From Pyrinomonadaceae bacterium (GTDB lineage: Bacteria; Acidobacteriota; Blastocatellia; Pyrinomonadales; Pyrinomonadaceae), in assembly GCA_022843305.1 (NCBI GenBank), contig JALHNX010000003.1, positions 4,272-68,271 on the forward strand: a stretch of 64,000 nt of DNA, in the 5' to 3' direction. Positions 1 to 8,998 of this stretch are shown here, in pieces (the first letter of the stretch is position 1; each line of letters starts with the position of its first letter). The notes beneath the pieces were generated by a model. That model was not told the DNA's origin. It made no database searches and saw nothing but the letters and a program-made list of their open reading frames with translations. The position numbers were made by a program, and so were the translations under genes.

Positions 1-171
1 GTTTTTACGCTTCGTTCGATGGCGATTTCAAATCGCATTTTGGAAATCAGCCAGGAACTGATCTTAGCTGAACAGAGCGGAAACAGCGAATTGCTCGGTC
101 ATCTCGTGGCGGAACAAATCGGGCTGGCGCGTCTGAAACGCGATTTGCAGAACCGCGTCAACGCAGGCTGA
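1..171 (+). CDS. 3' end of a CDS entering from the left edge (possibly DNA primase, by dnaG-rpoD synteny)
   Basis: Frame 1 is open from base 1 to TGA at 169-171 (...AEQIGLARLKRDLQNRVNAG*). It lies directly upstream of rpoD, as dnaG does in many bacteria. The 56 aa seen are not diagnostic. Confidence 0.35.
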   Translation, partial: VFTLRSMAISNRILEISQELILAEQSGNSELLGHLVAEQIGLARLKRDLQNRVNAG

Positions 172-342
172 AAGTTTTGAGTCCCGCCTAAGGGCGGCAA
201 AACCGTTTCGCTTCGCTAACGGTTTGAGGCACGCTGAAGCGTGGACTCTGAACGCCTGAAACAATTTATCGTTTTGCGCGTTAAAAAGTTATTTAATAAA
301 CAACGATTTACTAACGAATTTAATCAAAGAACATTTAATAAA

Positions 343-2070
343 ATGGTTATGACAGACTACGACGAAAAGGAAGATTTAATGGACCGGCTGCTTGCCATGG
401 GCAGAGGCAAAAAGTTCTTGAGTTTTGACGATTTAAACCGGGAAATGCCCGACAAAATGATGTCGCCCGAAGACATCGAAGACGTTCTCGAAAGATTGGA
501 AGGCGCGAATATTTCGGTTTCCGATTCGGATTCCGCGCTTCTCGAACAAGCCGCGAGCCTAGCGCTCGACGACGATACCGAAGTTGACGAAGACGATCTG
601 GATTTGGATTTATCCGCCGGAACGCTCGATAAATCGAATGATCCCGTTCGCCTTTACTTGCGCGAAATGGGTATCGTTCCGCTTTTGACGCGTGAAGGCG
701 AAGTAACAATCGCCCAAAGAATCGAACGCGGGCAAATCAAAACGCAGAAATCAATTTCGCGTTCGCCGATTGCGGTCGAAAGACTGATCAAGCTCGGCGA
801 AGACCTTGTCAAAGGTAAAGCGAGCATCCGCGAAACCGTGATGTTTTCCGAGCAAGCCGAGCTGACGGGCGAAGAAGACAAGGTTGACGAATATCTGCGC
901 TGGACGCTCGAAGGCATCGAAAATATCAATTCGAATTTTGCCAAAGCAATGAAATTCTGGAACGATTTGCGCGAAGAACAGGAAAAAACAAAAGGCAAAC
1001 CGTCAAAAAAACTGCTGACGCTGAAACGCCGCACGGCGCGGGCGCGGCTCGAAATTTCGCAGGAAATCAAAAATCTTAATCTGACCGAATACGCGAAACA
1101 GGTTCTGATCGGCGCGATTCGCAAAGTTGATGCCGAGATCAAAAAAGCCGACCGCGAAATTCGCAAAACGGAAGAAAGGCTCGAAGGCAAGGTTTCGCCC
1201 GACGAAAAGAAAGAATTGACGGCAAAAATCGCCGAAGCGCGGACAAAACACGCCGAAATCGAAGCCCGATATTTTCTTCCGACGGTCGAAATCAAACGCT
1301 CTTTACAATCGATTCTGATCGGCGAAACGCAGACCAATCAGGCGAAACGCGAATTGGTCGAAGCCAACTTGCGCCTGGTTGTTTCGATTGCGAAAAAATA
1401 CACGAATCGCGGTTTGCAATTCTTAGATTTGATTCAGGAAGGCAACATCGGTTTGATGAAAGCGGTTGACAAATTCGAATGGCGGCGCGGTTATAAGTTT
1501 TCGACTTACGCGACGTGGTGGATTCGTCAGGCAATCACGCGCGCCATCGCCGACCAAGCGCGAACGATTCGCATTCCCGTCCATATGATCGAAACGATCA
1601 ACAAGCTGATTCGCACCAGCCGCGCTTTGGTTCAGGAATTAGGACGCGAACCGACGAGCGAAGAAATCGCCAAGAAAATGGACATTCCGGTTTCAAAAGT
1701 ACGCAAGGTTTTAAAAATCGCACAGGAACCGATTTCACTCGAAACGCCGATCGGCGAAGAGGAAGATTCACACTTAGGCGATTTTATCGAAGACCGCTCG
1801 ATTATGAATCCGGCAGAATCCGTAACGTTCGGCAACTTGCGCGAAATCACCGACGAAGTTCTCGCAACCTTAACGCCGCGAGAGGAAAAAGTCATCAAGA
1901 TGCGTTTCGGGCTCGGCAATACAGGTTCGGAACACACGCTCGAAGAAGTCGGACAGCATTTCGCAGTAACGCGCGAACGCATTCGCCAGATCGAAGCGAA
2001 AGCCTTGAGAAAACTGCGTCACCCGTCGCGCTCGCGTCGTTTGAAAGCGTTTCTCGAAGGCAAGGCGTAA
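343..2070 (+). CDS. rpoD: RNA polymerase primary sigma factor (sigma-70)
   Basis: Sigma-70 regions are readable: [100 protein letters not shown]. The track start at 241 is GTG. I prefer the first ATG at 343 (MVMTDYDEK), but the start is uncertain. Confidence 0.95.
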   Translation: MVMTDYDEKEDLMDRLLAMGRGKKFLSFDDLNREMPDKMMSPEDIEDVLERLEGANISVSDSDSALLEQAASLALDDDTEVDEDDLDLDLSAGTLDKSNDPVRLYLREMGIVPLLTREGEVTIAQRIERGQIKTQKSISRSPIAVERLIKLGEDLVKGKASIRETVMFSEQAELTGEEDKVDEYLRWTLEGIENINSNFAKAMKFWNDLREEQEKTKGKPSKKLLTLKRRTARARLEISQEIKNLNLTEYAKQVLIGAIRKVDAEIKKADREIRKTEERLEGKVSPDEKKELTAKIAEARTKHAEIEARYFLPTVEIKRSLQSILIGETQTNQAKRELVEANLRLVVSIAKKYTNRGLQFLDLIQEGNIGLMKAVDKFEWRRGYKFSTYATWWIRQAITRAIADQARTIRIPVHMIETINKLIRTSRALVQELGREPTSEEIAKKMDIPVSKVRKVLKIAQEPISLETPIGEEEDSHLGDFIEDRSIMNPAESVTFGNLREITDEVLATLTPREEKVIKMRFGLGNTGSEHTLEEVGQHFAVTRERIRQIEAKALRKLRHPSRSRRLKAFLEGKA

Positions 2071-2111
2071 TTCGATTTTGGATTTTAGATTTTGGATTGA
2101 CGTTTTAATGA

Positions 2112-2160
2112 TTTGCGGTTTGCGATTGCATTTTGCAGTTGCAGACCGCAAAATCTTTTT
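2112..2160 (+). terminator. Putative intrinsic terminator after rpoD
   Basis: TTTGCGGT (2112-2119) pairs with ACCGCAAA (2145-2152) and is followed by ATCTTTTT. The loop is long (25 nt), so this is only moderately convincing. Confidence 0.45.
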
Positions 2161-2162
2161 AA

Positions 2163-2546
2163 ATGGAATTTTCAACCCAAATTTTCTGGCTCGTGATCTT
2201 GTCGATCGTCGTCGCTTCGATCGCGTGGACGGTCACGCAGGAAGAAATTTTCCGCGAACCGCGCGAGTATTGCGAGAAAAAAAGCGAAACCTGCAAATCA
2301 ATTCTCCAGCGCAAATTTTTCTACGTTTTCACCTGCGAATACTGCTTCAGCCACTGGGTGACGATTTTTATTTTGCTGCTCACCGGCTTTCGGCTTTTGC
2401 TCGACGATTGGCGCGGCTACATTTTAGCGTTCTTCGCAATTCCGTGGCTTGCCAACCAATGGATGAGCATCTACCGCCGTCTGCGCGTCGGCATCAAACA
2501 CGAAAATCTTCAGGCGAAAATCGTCGAGGAAAAACTCGACAGATAG
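2163..2546 (+). CDS. Small polytopic membrane protein (DUF1360-like, tentative)
   Basis: ATG start. Hydrophobic segments include IFWLVILSIVVASIAW and VTIFILLLTGF, and there is a CEYCFSHW motif. Family assignment is from memory only. Confidence 0.6.
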   Translation: MEFSTQIFWLVILSIVVASIAWTVTQEEIFREPREYCEKKSETCKSILQRKFFYVFTCEYCFSHWVTIFILLLTGFRLLLDDWRGYILAFFAIPWLANQWMSIYRRLRVGIKHENLQAKIVEEKLDR

Positions 2547-2550
2547 ATTT

Positions 2551-4374
2551 TTAGCGATGTTCGAGTTGGATAAGATAAACCGCCGAATCGCCCTCGAATT
2601 CGATTTTGCTCAGTTTGTTGTCCGCGTCTTTCACAGCGGTTTTCTTTATTTTTCCGCTTTCGAGAAAATCCTTGAGCTTTTTCTCCAGTCCTTTATCAGC
2701 CAGTTTGCCGGTGTTCTGAAAAGCGTTTTCGCGCGATTTTTCCGCCGTTTCCGGTTTTTCCTTGCTCCAGACGACCCAGAAATTTTCCGTTCCGGCAGTG
2801 CCGCTGAATTCGTTCCAGCCGGTCTGATATTTCTGTTTGGCGGAAACATCCGCCGCGCCGTTGTTTTGTTTCGGAGTCGGGAAAATAATGTTGAAAACCC
2901 GTTCGCCTTTTTCGTCCAAGCCTTCGGCAAAAATATACAAAAAGCCATTTTCCGACGGAATGAGGTTCATCATAAATTGATAGCCGTTCTCGAAAATTTC
3001 CTGCCCGCTCGATTCAAAAGGCTCCTGATATTTTTTGCCGTCGCGCATTTTCTGCACGAGAAGCGAATAATCGAGATTCTTTGACGGCTGCGAAGCTGCG
3101 GTTTTCGCCGCGTTTTCGTTTGTGGTCGCGCCGCCCAACGCGCCCGAATTGGTATTCGCCGTTTCGTTTTGCTTTGAATCCGAGTTTGTTTTTTTCGTCG
3201 GATCGCCCGAAAACTTCCAAATGACACCCGCAGCAGATGCGCCGATAACAAGCAGCAAAACCGCGCCTAAACCGATCAGCGAAAACTTTTTGGTGTTTGA
3301 AGCGGGAACGCTTTCATGAGTTTGCGAAACAAAACCGGCTGACTGCTGAAACGTCGGAACAGACGGCGCGTTTTGATTTATTTCAATGATCTGCGCGGCG
3401 TTCTGCGTCGGCGGCGGCTGATAGTGAACTGCCGGATTGACGATTTCGGTTGCCTGCGTCGAGACGGAAGCCGCCTGCGAAAGTTTTAAACTCTGCCGGA
3501 ATTCCGCCGCCGTCTGAAAACGATGTTCGGGCATTACCTGCAAAGCCCGGTGAATCGCGCTTGCCAGCGCGGGCGAAACTTCCGCGTTCAGGGTTTGGAT
3601 GTTCGGCAGAGGGTCGGGTTTGTCAGACCAGAGCGCGTGAGCGCGAACCGTCGCCGTCGCCTGTTCGGGCGAAAATCCCGTCAGCAGATGATAAAGCGTC
3701 GCGCCGAGCGCGTAAATATCGCTGCGCCCGTCGGTTTTACGTTCGGCAAAATCGCGCATTTTTTCTTCATTGAGCGACATTAAAAGCAGATACGAATTCG
3801 GGTCAACCCGCAAAACCTGTTCGAGCGGCGCGTAAAAAGGCGTGTAGCCCGTAATGCTCTGTCCGCCGTAGGCAAGCGTTTTTTCCGCTTCTTCGACATT
3901 TCCTTTCGCCGTGCCGAAATCGAGCAGAAAAATTCGTCCCTTTTCGTCAATTTTGACGTTATGCGGCTTAATGTCGCGGTGATAGATCGGGAACGAATGC
4001 AGATATTCGAGCGCGTCGAGAACCTTATCGGCGATATTTAAAACATCCTGAATCTCGAATTTACGGTGTTTCATCAATCCGTGCGCCAGGTCTTCGCCCG
4101 AGATGTAATCCATCACGATAAAGCTTGCGCCCGATTCCTGAAAACAATTCGTAACCTTCGGCAGATTAGGATGGCTCAGATTATAAAGCAAGTCGGCTTC
4201 GACCTTTGAAGTCTTCGCCACCGCTTCGTTGTCCGAAAGAATTTGTTTGATGGCAACGCGGTTGTTGCCCGAAAAGCGCGTGTCTTCCGCCAGATAAACC
4301 GCGCCGAACCCGCCGCTCCCGATCTTTTCGCGGATCAGATAACGCCCGTCAATGATTTTTCCGTTTTCTAACAT
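2551..4374 (-). CDS. Hanks-type Ser/Thr protein kinase with TM helix and extracytoplasmic DUF4384-like domain
   Basis: Kinase motifs: IGSGGFGAVY (P-loop), VAIK, HRDIKPHNV, DFGTAK. TM helix FSLIGLGAVLLLVIGASAAGVIW. C-terminal NGFLYIFAEGLDEKGERVFNIIFPTP resembles DUF4384. Confidence 0.9.
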   Translation of the reverse strand: MLENGKIIDGRYLIREKIGSGGFGAVYLAEDTRFSGNNRVAIKQILSDNEAVAKTSKVEADLLYNLSHPNLPKVTNCFQESGASFIVMDYISGEDLAHGLMKHRKFEIQDVLNIADKVLDALEYLHSFPIYHRDIKPHNVKIDEKGRIFLLDFGTAKGNVEEAEKTLAYGGQSITGYTPFYAPLEQVLRVDPNSYLLLMSLNEEKMRDFAERKTDGRSDIYALGATLYHLLTGFSPEQATATVRAHALWSDKPDPLPNIQTLNAEVSPALASAIHRALQVMPEHRFQTAAEFRQSLKLSQAASVSTQATEIVNPAVHYQPPPTQNAAQIIEINQNAPSVPTFQQSAGFVSQTHESVPASNTKKFSLIGLGAVLLLVIGASAAGVIWKFSGDPTKKTNSDSKQNETANTNSGALGGATTNENAAKTAASQPSKNLDYSLLVQKMRDGKKYQEPFESSGQEIFENGYQFMMNLIPSENGFLYIFAEGLDEKGERVFNIIFPTPKQNNGAADVSAKQKYQTGWNEFSGTAGTENFWVVWSKEKPETAEKSRENAFQNTGKLADKGLEKKLKDFLESGKIKKTAVKDADNKLSKIEFEGDSAVYLIQLEHR

Positions 4375-4403
4375 AATTTTTAACGCAGAAATTATAAGAA
4401 AAA

Positions 4404-4483
4404 TTAGCCGCGGATTAACGCGGATTACGCGGATTAAATCAAATTATTTAAAATCCGCATAATCCGCGTTAATCCGCGGCTAA
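4404..4483. repeat. Long near-perfect inverted repeat (32-nt arms, 16-nt loop) built from three CGCGGATTA units per arm
   Basis: Left arm TTAGCCGCGGATTAACGCGGATTACGCGGATT (4404-4435). Right arm AATCCGCATAATCCGCGTTAATCCGCGGCTAA (4452-4483). There is one mismatch. It lies between two same-strand genes. Confidence 0.85.
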
Positions 4484-4487
4484 ATTC

Positions 4488-5480
4488 TTAAGGCACAATC
4501 GCCGACATCCGAAACGGCACCAGCAAAGGCAGGTCGGCGCTGATGCGGACTTTGTAGATCGTCTGCGGCAGCGGTTCTTCCTGTTCGAGCGCGCGCGTCG
4601 CGGTCTGCGCGGCGGTCAGTTCCGCGCTCGTCATCGCAATTCCTTCGCCGTCTTCGGCGTCGTAAATATCAACGGTCGCGCCCCAATCGTTTGACCATTT
4701 TTCAAACTGCGCGGTATTCAAAGCAAGTGCCTTCATTCCAATATCGAGCGGTAGTTTTTCCGTCGTGATCAGCACGACGAGTTCTTCGCCCGCGTAATCG
4801 CGGCGTTTCGGTTTGATCGTAAAATACGGCACGGAATCAGTCGAAGCGGGAATATCAACCAGACTTCCCGCCCGAACGCTGTTATCGCCGCCGCGCGTTC
4901 TCAGGGTCGGAAAAATTATATTCGCCGCGCCCGCCGTGCCGTCCGCGTAATATTCGCGGTTGATGATATACAGATAGCCCGAACGCGAAGATTCGATGGT
5001 AAACCGGACGCGGTCGCCTTCCCGAAAACGTGTTGTCGAATTGACGCGTTCCGCCGTCCAATTTTCGCGCCCGTCGCCGATTCTGACCGAGAAAAACGGC
5101 ACGTCGCCGTCGTCCGCAGCAATCGGTCGAAGCCGCCAGAACGTGACGCCGATCTGTTCGCTTTTGACAGCGGTTTTCTGCGGATTCGGTTTGGGCTTAT
5201 TAACATTTGCGACGGTCGTTTTCGGCGGAATACGTTTGACCAGATTGTATCTGCGCCGCGTGTTGGTGATCACGGCGAGATTTTTCCGCTGTTTTTGCGT
5301 TACGTTTTGCTGCGTTGTTTGATTGACGCGTTTGTCGCCGCTCGCGGGTTTCTGACGTTGCTTTTGAAAATCGAGCGACGAAATCTCGCGTGTCGCCACA
5401 TCATCCTGCGCGTAAACGGACGCGCCGCATAACAAAATTATCAGAAACAAACCTCGGGGGATTGTGATTCGTATTTTCAT
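4488..5480 (-). CDS. Secreted DUF4384-domain protein
   Basis: Signal peptide MKIRITIPRGLFLIILLCGASVYAQ, using ATG at 5480 (the track start at 5486 is TTG). DUF4384-like core RVRFTIESSRSGYLYIINREYYADGTAGAANIIFPT. Confidence 0.75.
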   Translation of the reverse strand: MKIRITIPRGLFLIILLCGASVYAQDDVATREISSLDFQKQRQKPASGDKRVNQTTQQNVTQKQRKNLAVITNTRRRYNLVKRIPPKTTVANVNKPKPNPQKTAVKSEQIGVTFWRLRPIAADDGDVPFFSVRIGDGRENWTAERVNSTTRFREGDRVRFTIESSRSGYLYIINREYYADGTAGAANIIFPTLRTRGGDNSVRAGSLVDIPASTDSVPYFTIKPKRRDYAGEELVVLITTEKLPLDIGMKALALNTAQFEKWSNDWGATVDIYDAEDGEGIAMTSAELTAAQTATRALEQEEPLPQTIYKVRISADLPLLVPFRMSAIVP

Positions 5481-5502
5481 ATTCAATTTTTTTCACCGGC
5501 GG

Positions 5503-5802
5503 CTAATAACTCACGTTGCGGCACTTTTCTTCCCTGTAGGTTCTGCCGCCGCGGGTAACCGTGCGGGTCCAACAGAGTTTCCGCCATCTTTTCGCCTTTT
5601 TCTTCTTTTTGGATATTCGGTTCTTTCGAGATATTCGCTTTTTTCCGCCTGCCGTGTTTACCGGCGCGGGTGTTTTGAAATCGTTCGACGTGATAATCGC
5701 TTTCGGATTTCTCGGCTGCTTCGATTTCTGCGCGAAACCGATTGTTCCGAAAGCCAATAATAAACTGACCAAAAGCAAAAACCTAAAATATTTATTTTTC
5801 AT
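5503..5802 (-). CDS. Small secreted, highly basic protein with a C-terminal Cys pair
   Basis: ATG preceded by AGGAG. Signal peptide MKNKYFRFLLLVSLLLAFGTIGFAQ. Lys/Arg-rich mature part ending in CWTRTVTRGGRTYREEKC. Confidence 0.55.
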   Translation of the reverse strand: MKNKYFRFLLLVSLLLAFGTIGFAQKSKQPRNPKAIITSNDFKTPAPVNTAGGKKRISRKNRISKKKKKAKRWRKLCWTRTVTRGGRTYREEKCRNVSY

Positions 5803-5884
5803 TTAACTCCTAAGTTTGCGGAAGGAGCGTACAAAGTAACGGCGCAATTTTACACCAACCTTAACATATATAAAGTTTAATTCA

Positions 5885-5912
5885 CCAAAAAAACGCAGTC
5901 ACGTTGCGTCTT
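5885..5912 (-). terminator. Putative intrinsic terminator after the caspase-FGE gene
   Basis: The minus strand reads GACGCAACGTGACTGCGTTTTTTTGG: a 5-6 bp stem followed by a T7 run, about 60 nt after the stop at 5971. Confidence 0.5.
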
Positions 5913-5970
5913 TTCCTTGAAAACCCGCCCTTGCGCATTAAAACTTATTCGATAAAATCTCTAAGGCAAA

Positions 5971-7605
5971 TTACTGCCTGACAAGGCGAAAACCATAGAA
6001 ATTGGTACGATTCGATGGCGTAACTCCCCATCTTCTCCAAACAACGAAACGGGATGAAAAACTTCCACCACGAGCAACCCGTGCGTTGTAAGGCGACGAA
6101 CCCGGACCTGTCGGGTCTGTTAATATTCCGCCTGTAGTTTTGTCAAACCAATCCTGACACCATTCAATAACATTCCCGTACATATCATACACGCCCCAGG
6201 CGTTTGCCTGCTTGGTCGCCACATCATGCGTCGCTTCGCCAGAATTGTCAGAAATCCACGCTACTTTGTCAGGATTTTTCAGAACGTCCTCTTTCGTTCC
6301 GGCACGCGCCGTATATTCCCATTCCGCCTCGGTCGGCAAACGGTAAAGATAACCGTCGTTGAGCAGGTTCATCTGGTTTACAAACTCTTGCGCGTCGTCC
6401 CAACTGACACAGATTACCGGTTTGTTATCACCGACAAAATTTCCGCTCAAACTGCCGGAATCGCATTTTGACGGTAAATCGCCCATCAAAGCCTTCCACT
6501 GTGCCTGTGTCACTTCCGTGACCTGCATTTCAAAACCCCGAGTTAATCGCACTGTTACAGGCTTATCGTAAGGAGAATCATTTGATCCCATCTGAAATTC
6601 GCCCGGCTGAATATACGAAAAGCGCATCTCGATGCCGCCCGGTAAAACGATCTTGCTGATCGTGCCCGTCGGTTTGACGGGTTTTAGTTTGATTTCACTT
6701 TTCTTTTCAATTTCAGGCTGCGGCTTGACAGGGGTCTGACTGATTGGCAGTTTGTTTACTTGAGCTGTTTGTTGTTCGACTCGTAACGCAAAGTAAAAGT
6801 CCTGCAAAGTATTGCCCTCTTTCCATGGCAATTGCTGTTTGTTCGATTTTTGCCAAACCTCCGCCGAAACCGCTCGTACCATCTTGTCGTATTCGAGATT
6901 CGGCTGTTTGATTTGCTTGAGAAGAGCTTCGGTGAAAAGTCCGTTGCGCCCCGCGCCGTCGGACGCGACTTTGCCGGGTTCGGTCGCGTAGAGAACGAGC
7001 GTTCCGGTCGGCGGTGAGATTTTTGCCAAACCGTCATTGTTTGAACTGTCACGGAACGAACGCCACGAACGGGCGAACGGGTTGTTGCGGCAAGCGTCCA
7101 GAATGACGATGTTCAGATCGTTTTTCGCCGTCTGCATTTTGCCCAAAACCAGCCCGATCGGAACTGCCGAATATGAAACTTCGTCCTCTTCGGGAATATC
7201 GGCATCAACCGGCACGAGATAATTTTCGCCGTTAACCTGCAACCCGTGTCCGGCGTAATAAAAAAGTCCGACTCCGCCCGATACTGTCAACTTCGTGCCG
7301 AATTCGCGGATCAAAGTTTCCATCTGCCGCTTGTTTTGATTAACGCCCGAAATGACTTCAAAACCCAGATCGCGCAAAGTTTTCGCCATATCCGCCGCGT
7401 CGTTCGAAGGGTTCGGGAGCGGTTTCGCCTTCGTATATGCGCCGTTGCCGATAACGAGCGCGACGCGTTTCTGCGACGCTTTTTTATTGTCTTCTTCCTG
7501 CGTCAATTCACGCGTCTTTTGTGCCTTTATGCCGGACGAAGCAATCAGCAACATAAATAAGCTGCTGACAATCAATAGCTGTTGTTTGTCGAACTTAAGT
7601 TTCAT
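5971..7605 (-). CDS. Secreted caspase (peptidase C14) fused to an FGE-sulfatase (SUMF1-like) domain
   Basis: ATG at 7605 gives the signal peptide MKLKFDKQQLLIVSSLFMLLIASSGIKAQ. Caspase His/Cys: YYAGHGLQ and ILDACRNNP. FGE-like: YRLPTEAEWEYTARAG, WGVYDMYGNVIEWCQDW, GGSF, YGFRLVRQ. The track N-terminal extension to 7833 overlaps the upstream gene and is rejected. Confidence 0.85.
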   Translation of the reverse strand: MKLKFDKQQLLIVSSLFMLLIASSGIKAQKTRELTQEEDNKKASQKRVALVIGNGAYTKAKPLPNPSNDAADMAKTLRDLGFEVISGVNQNKRQMETLIREFGTKLTVSGGVGLFYYAGHGLQVNGENYLVPVDADIPEEDEVSYSAVPIGLVLGKMQTAKNDLNIVILDACRNNPFARSWRSFRDSSNNDGLAKISPPTGTLVLYATEPGKVASDGAGRNGLFTEALLKQIKQPNLEYDKMVRAVSAEVWQKSNKQQLPWKEGNTLQDFYFALRVEQQTAQVNKLPISQTPVKPQPEIEKKSEIKLKPVKPTGTISKIVLPGGIEMRFSYIQPGEFQMGSNDSPYDKPVTVRLTRGFEMQVTEVTQAQWKALMGDLPSKCDSGSLSGNFVGDNKPVICVSWDDAQEFVNQMNLLNDGYLYRLPTEAEWEYTARAGTKEDVLKNPDKVAWISDNSGEATHDVATKQANAWGVYDMYGNVIEWCQDWFDKTTGGILTDPTGPGSSPYNARVARGGSFSSRFVVWRRWGVTPSNRTNFYGFRLVRQ

Positions 7606-7628
7606 AATCGCCTCTATTTTACTGCGTT

Positions 7629-8918
7629 TTACTTTGATGTAAAGGCAAGCGTCAGATTCGCGCTCGAACCGGGCAGAGCGCGGGGATTTTGTGCAAAATT
7701 CGTCGCCTTTTGCACCGCGCCCTGCGTGTATTGAAACAATTCGCCCGCCGTGATCAGATTGTCGCCGTTCATATCCGCCTTGCCTTTCAAACCGTCGAGC
7801 AATGCCCACGTAAAAACGCCGTGATTGCCCCATTTGGCGGATTCCTGCGAAACCTCGTTGACATCCGACGAAGTTATAATCGCGCGTCCCGTCTGTTTGA
7901 AAAGCTGATTGGTCAGATAAAAATTCGAGATGTTGTTTTCGTCGTCTTCCTGCACCAAATCTCTGCCCGAGACAAGTGATTTTGTTTTCTGATTTATCCC
8001 TGCGCTGTGGCAGGTGTCAATCAGAGTGATAACGCGTTGGGCGTAAATCTGCGTGTCGAGAATCTGTTTCAGCTCGCTCATCGGAAACGCGGTTTTCGGC
8101 ATATCCACGACCTTTGTATCCGAAAGCAGAAAATAAAGATTCTGCGGCGCGATCGGATCGGGCGCACCGTGTCCGGCGATAAATATAAAAACCAGATCAT
8201 CCGTCTTGGCGCGTTTCGCGGTTTCCGCCAGAGCCGCGCGCACGGCAACCAAGGAAGCGTCGCCGTTGACAAGCAGTTTAACGTCGCCCGCCGCGAAACT
8301 TCCGCCCGCCGGAGTTTTCAGAAAAGCGGCTATCGCCTGCGCGTCGTCGTCGGCAAAGTTCAGATTTTTGAGTCCTGCGTCGTTATATTTATATTCGGAA
8401 ACGCCGATAATGACGGCAAATTTGCGTCCGCGAAAGATTTCAGCCTTGCCGCCCGCGCCGCCCGCTTTTTCGATAACGGCGTTTTTATCGCCCAAAATCA
8501 ACAGATATGAAGCGTAATATTCGCGTCCCGTTTTTTTATCGGTCGCGCGGATTTCGATGACGTTTCTTCCGGGAAGAAGTTCGTACCCGAACGGACGGTC
8601 TTCGCGTCTGCCGCAATGCACGATTTTCCCCTGCGCGTCGAGCTTTTTATCGCACCCGCGATTAATGCCGCTGCCGTTCAAAGTAACGATGATTTTTCCG
8701 TAATCAATATCGGCGGCAAACGGTTCGAGGACGCGGAATTTCAGCGTCGGAACCGTCTTTGAAGGCAGACGAATAATCGGCGCAGTATAACGCGTCGCGG
8801 AAACTTCTGGAATTTCCAGAACAAACGGCGCGCGCGAAGAAAAACTCGTTTGTGCCGAAACTGTGGTTGTCAAAAAAACCAGTAAAAACAGGCTGTTTTG
8901 TAGAATTTGAGATCTCAT
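7629..8918 (-). CDS. Secreted caspase-family (peptidase C14) protein with an N-terminal beta-rich domain
   Basis: Signal peptide MRSQILQNSLFLLVFLTTTVSAQ. Caspase block FAVIIGVSEYKY, catalytic FIFIAGHGAPD and LIDTCHSAG. Confidence 0.85.
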   Translation of the reverse strand: MRSQILQNSLFLLVFLTTTVSAQTSFSSRAPFVLEIPEVSATRYTAPIIRLPSKTVPTLKFRVLEPFAADIDYGKIIVTLNGSGINRGCDKKLDAQGKIVHCGRREDRPFGYELLPGRNVIEIRATDKKTGREYYASYLLILGDKNAVIEKAGGAGGKAEIFRGRKFAVIIGVSEYKYNDAGLKNLNFADDDAQAIAAFLKTPAGGSFAAGDVKLLVNGDASLVAVRAALAETAKRAKTDDLVFIFIAGHGAPDPIAPQNLYFLLSDTKVVDMPKTAFPMSELKQILDTQIYAQRVITLIDTCHSAGINQKTKSLVSGRDLVQEDDENNISNFYLTNQLFKQTGRAIITSSDVNEVSQESAKWGNHGVFTWALLDGLKGKADMNGDNLITAGELFQYTQGAVQKATNFAQNPRALPGSSANLTLAFTSK

Positions 8919-8934
8919 AGTTTGTAAATGAATT

Positions 8935-8977
8935 TATATTTCTCCACGAAAGCGTAATGCCTGCGTGGAGAAATATA
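8935..8977. repeat. 14-bp perfect inverted repeat between the M48 and caspase genes
   Basis: TATATTTCTCCACG (8935-8948) and CGTGGAGAAATATA (8964-8977). No T-run follows on the minus strand. Confidence 0.6.
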
Positions 8978-8998
8978 TCACCGAAAACGAAGTTTTTT

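Noticed and set aside
654-2108. Several ORFs antisense to, or out of frame with, rpoD (654-1337, 1003-1251, 1292-1534, 1515-2108, 1632-1982, 1870-2175)
   Set aside because: They lie entirely within the well-supported rpoD reading frame or its terminator region. They are Arg/Ser-rich and have no domain features.
4404-4483. CRISPR array (also considered for the other tandem-repeat loci at 13836, 19412, 35278, 48683 and 62228)
   Set aside because: The units are 6-10 nt and directly abutting with no spacers. The arms are inverted copies of each other. No cas genes are present.
5971-6150. Possible DGR variable region at the C-terminus of the FGE-sulfatase (C-type lectin fold) domain
   Set aside because: DGR targets often have this fold. 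However, there is no reverse transcriptase, no template-repeat copy of this segment in the window, and no Asn-codon-rich (AAY) pattern in the C-terminal residues.
7606-7833. N-terminal extensions offered by the ORF track (also 20698-21105, 32815-33093, 34514-34564, 36732-36776 and 241-342)
   Set aside because: The extensions overlap neighbouring genes or repeats and start at non-ATG codons. Internal ATGs give canonical signal peptides or conserved N-termini.
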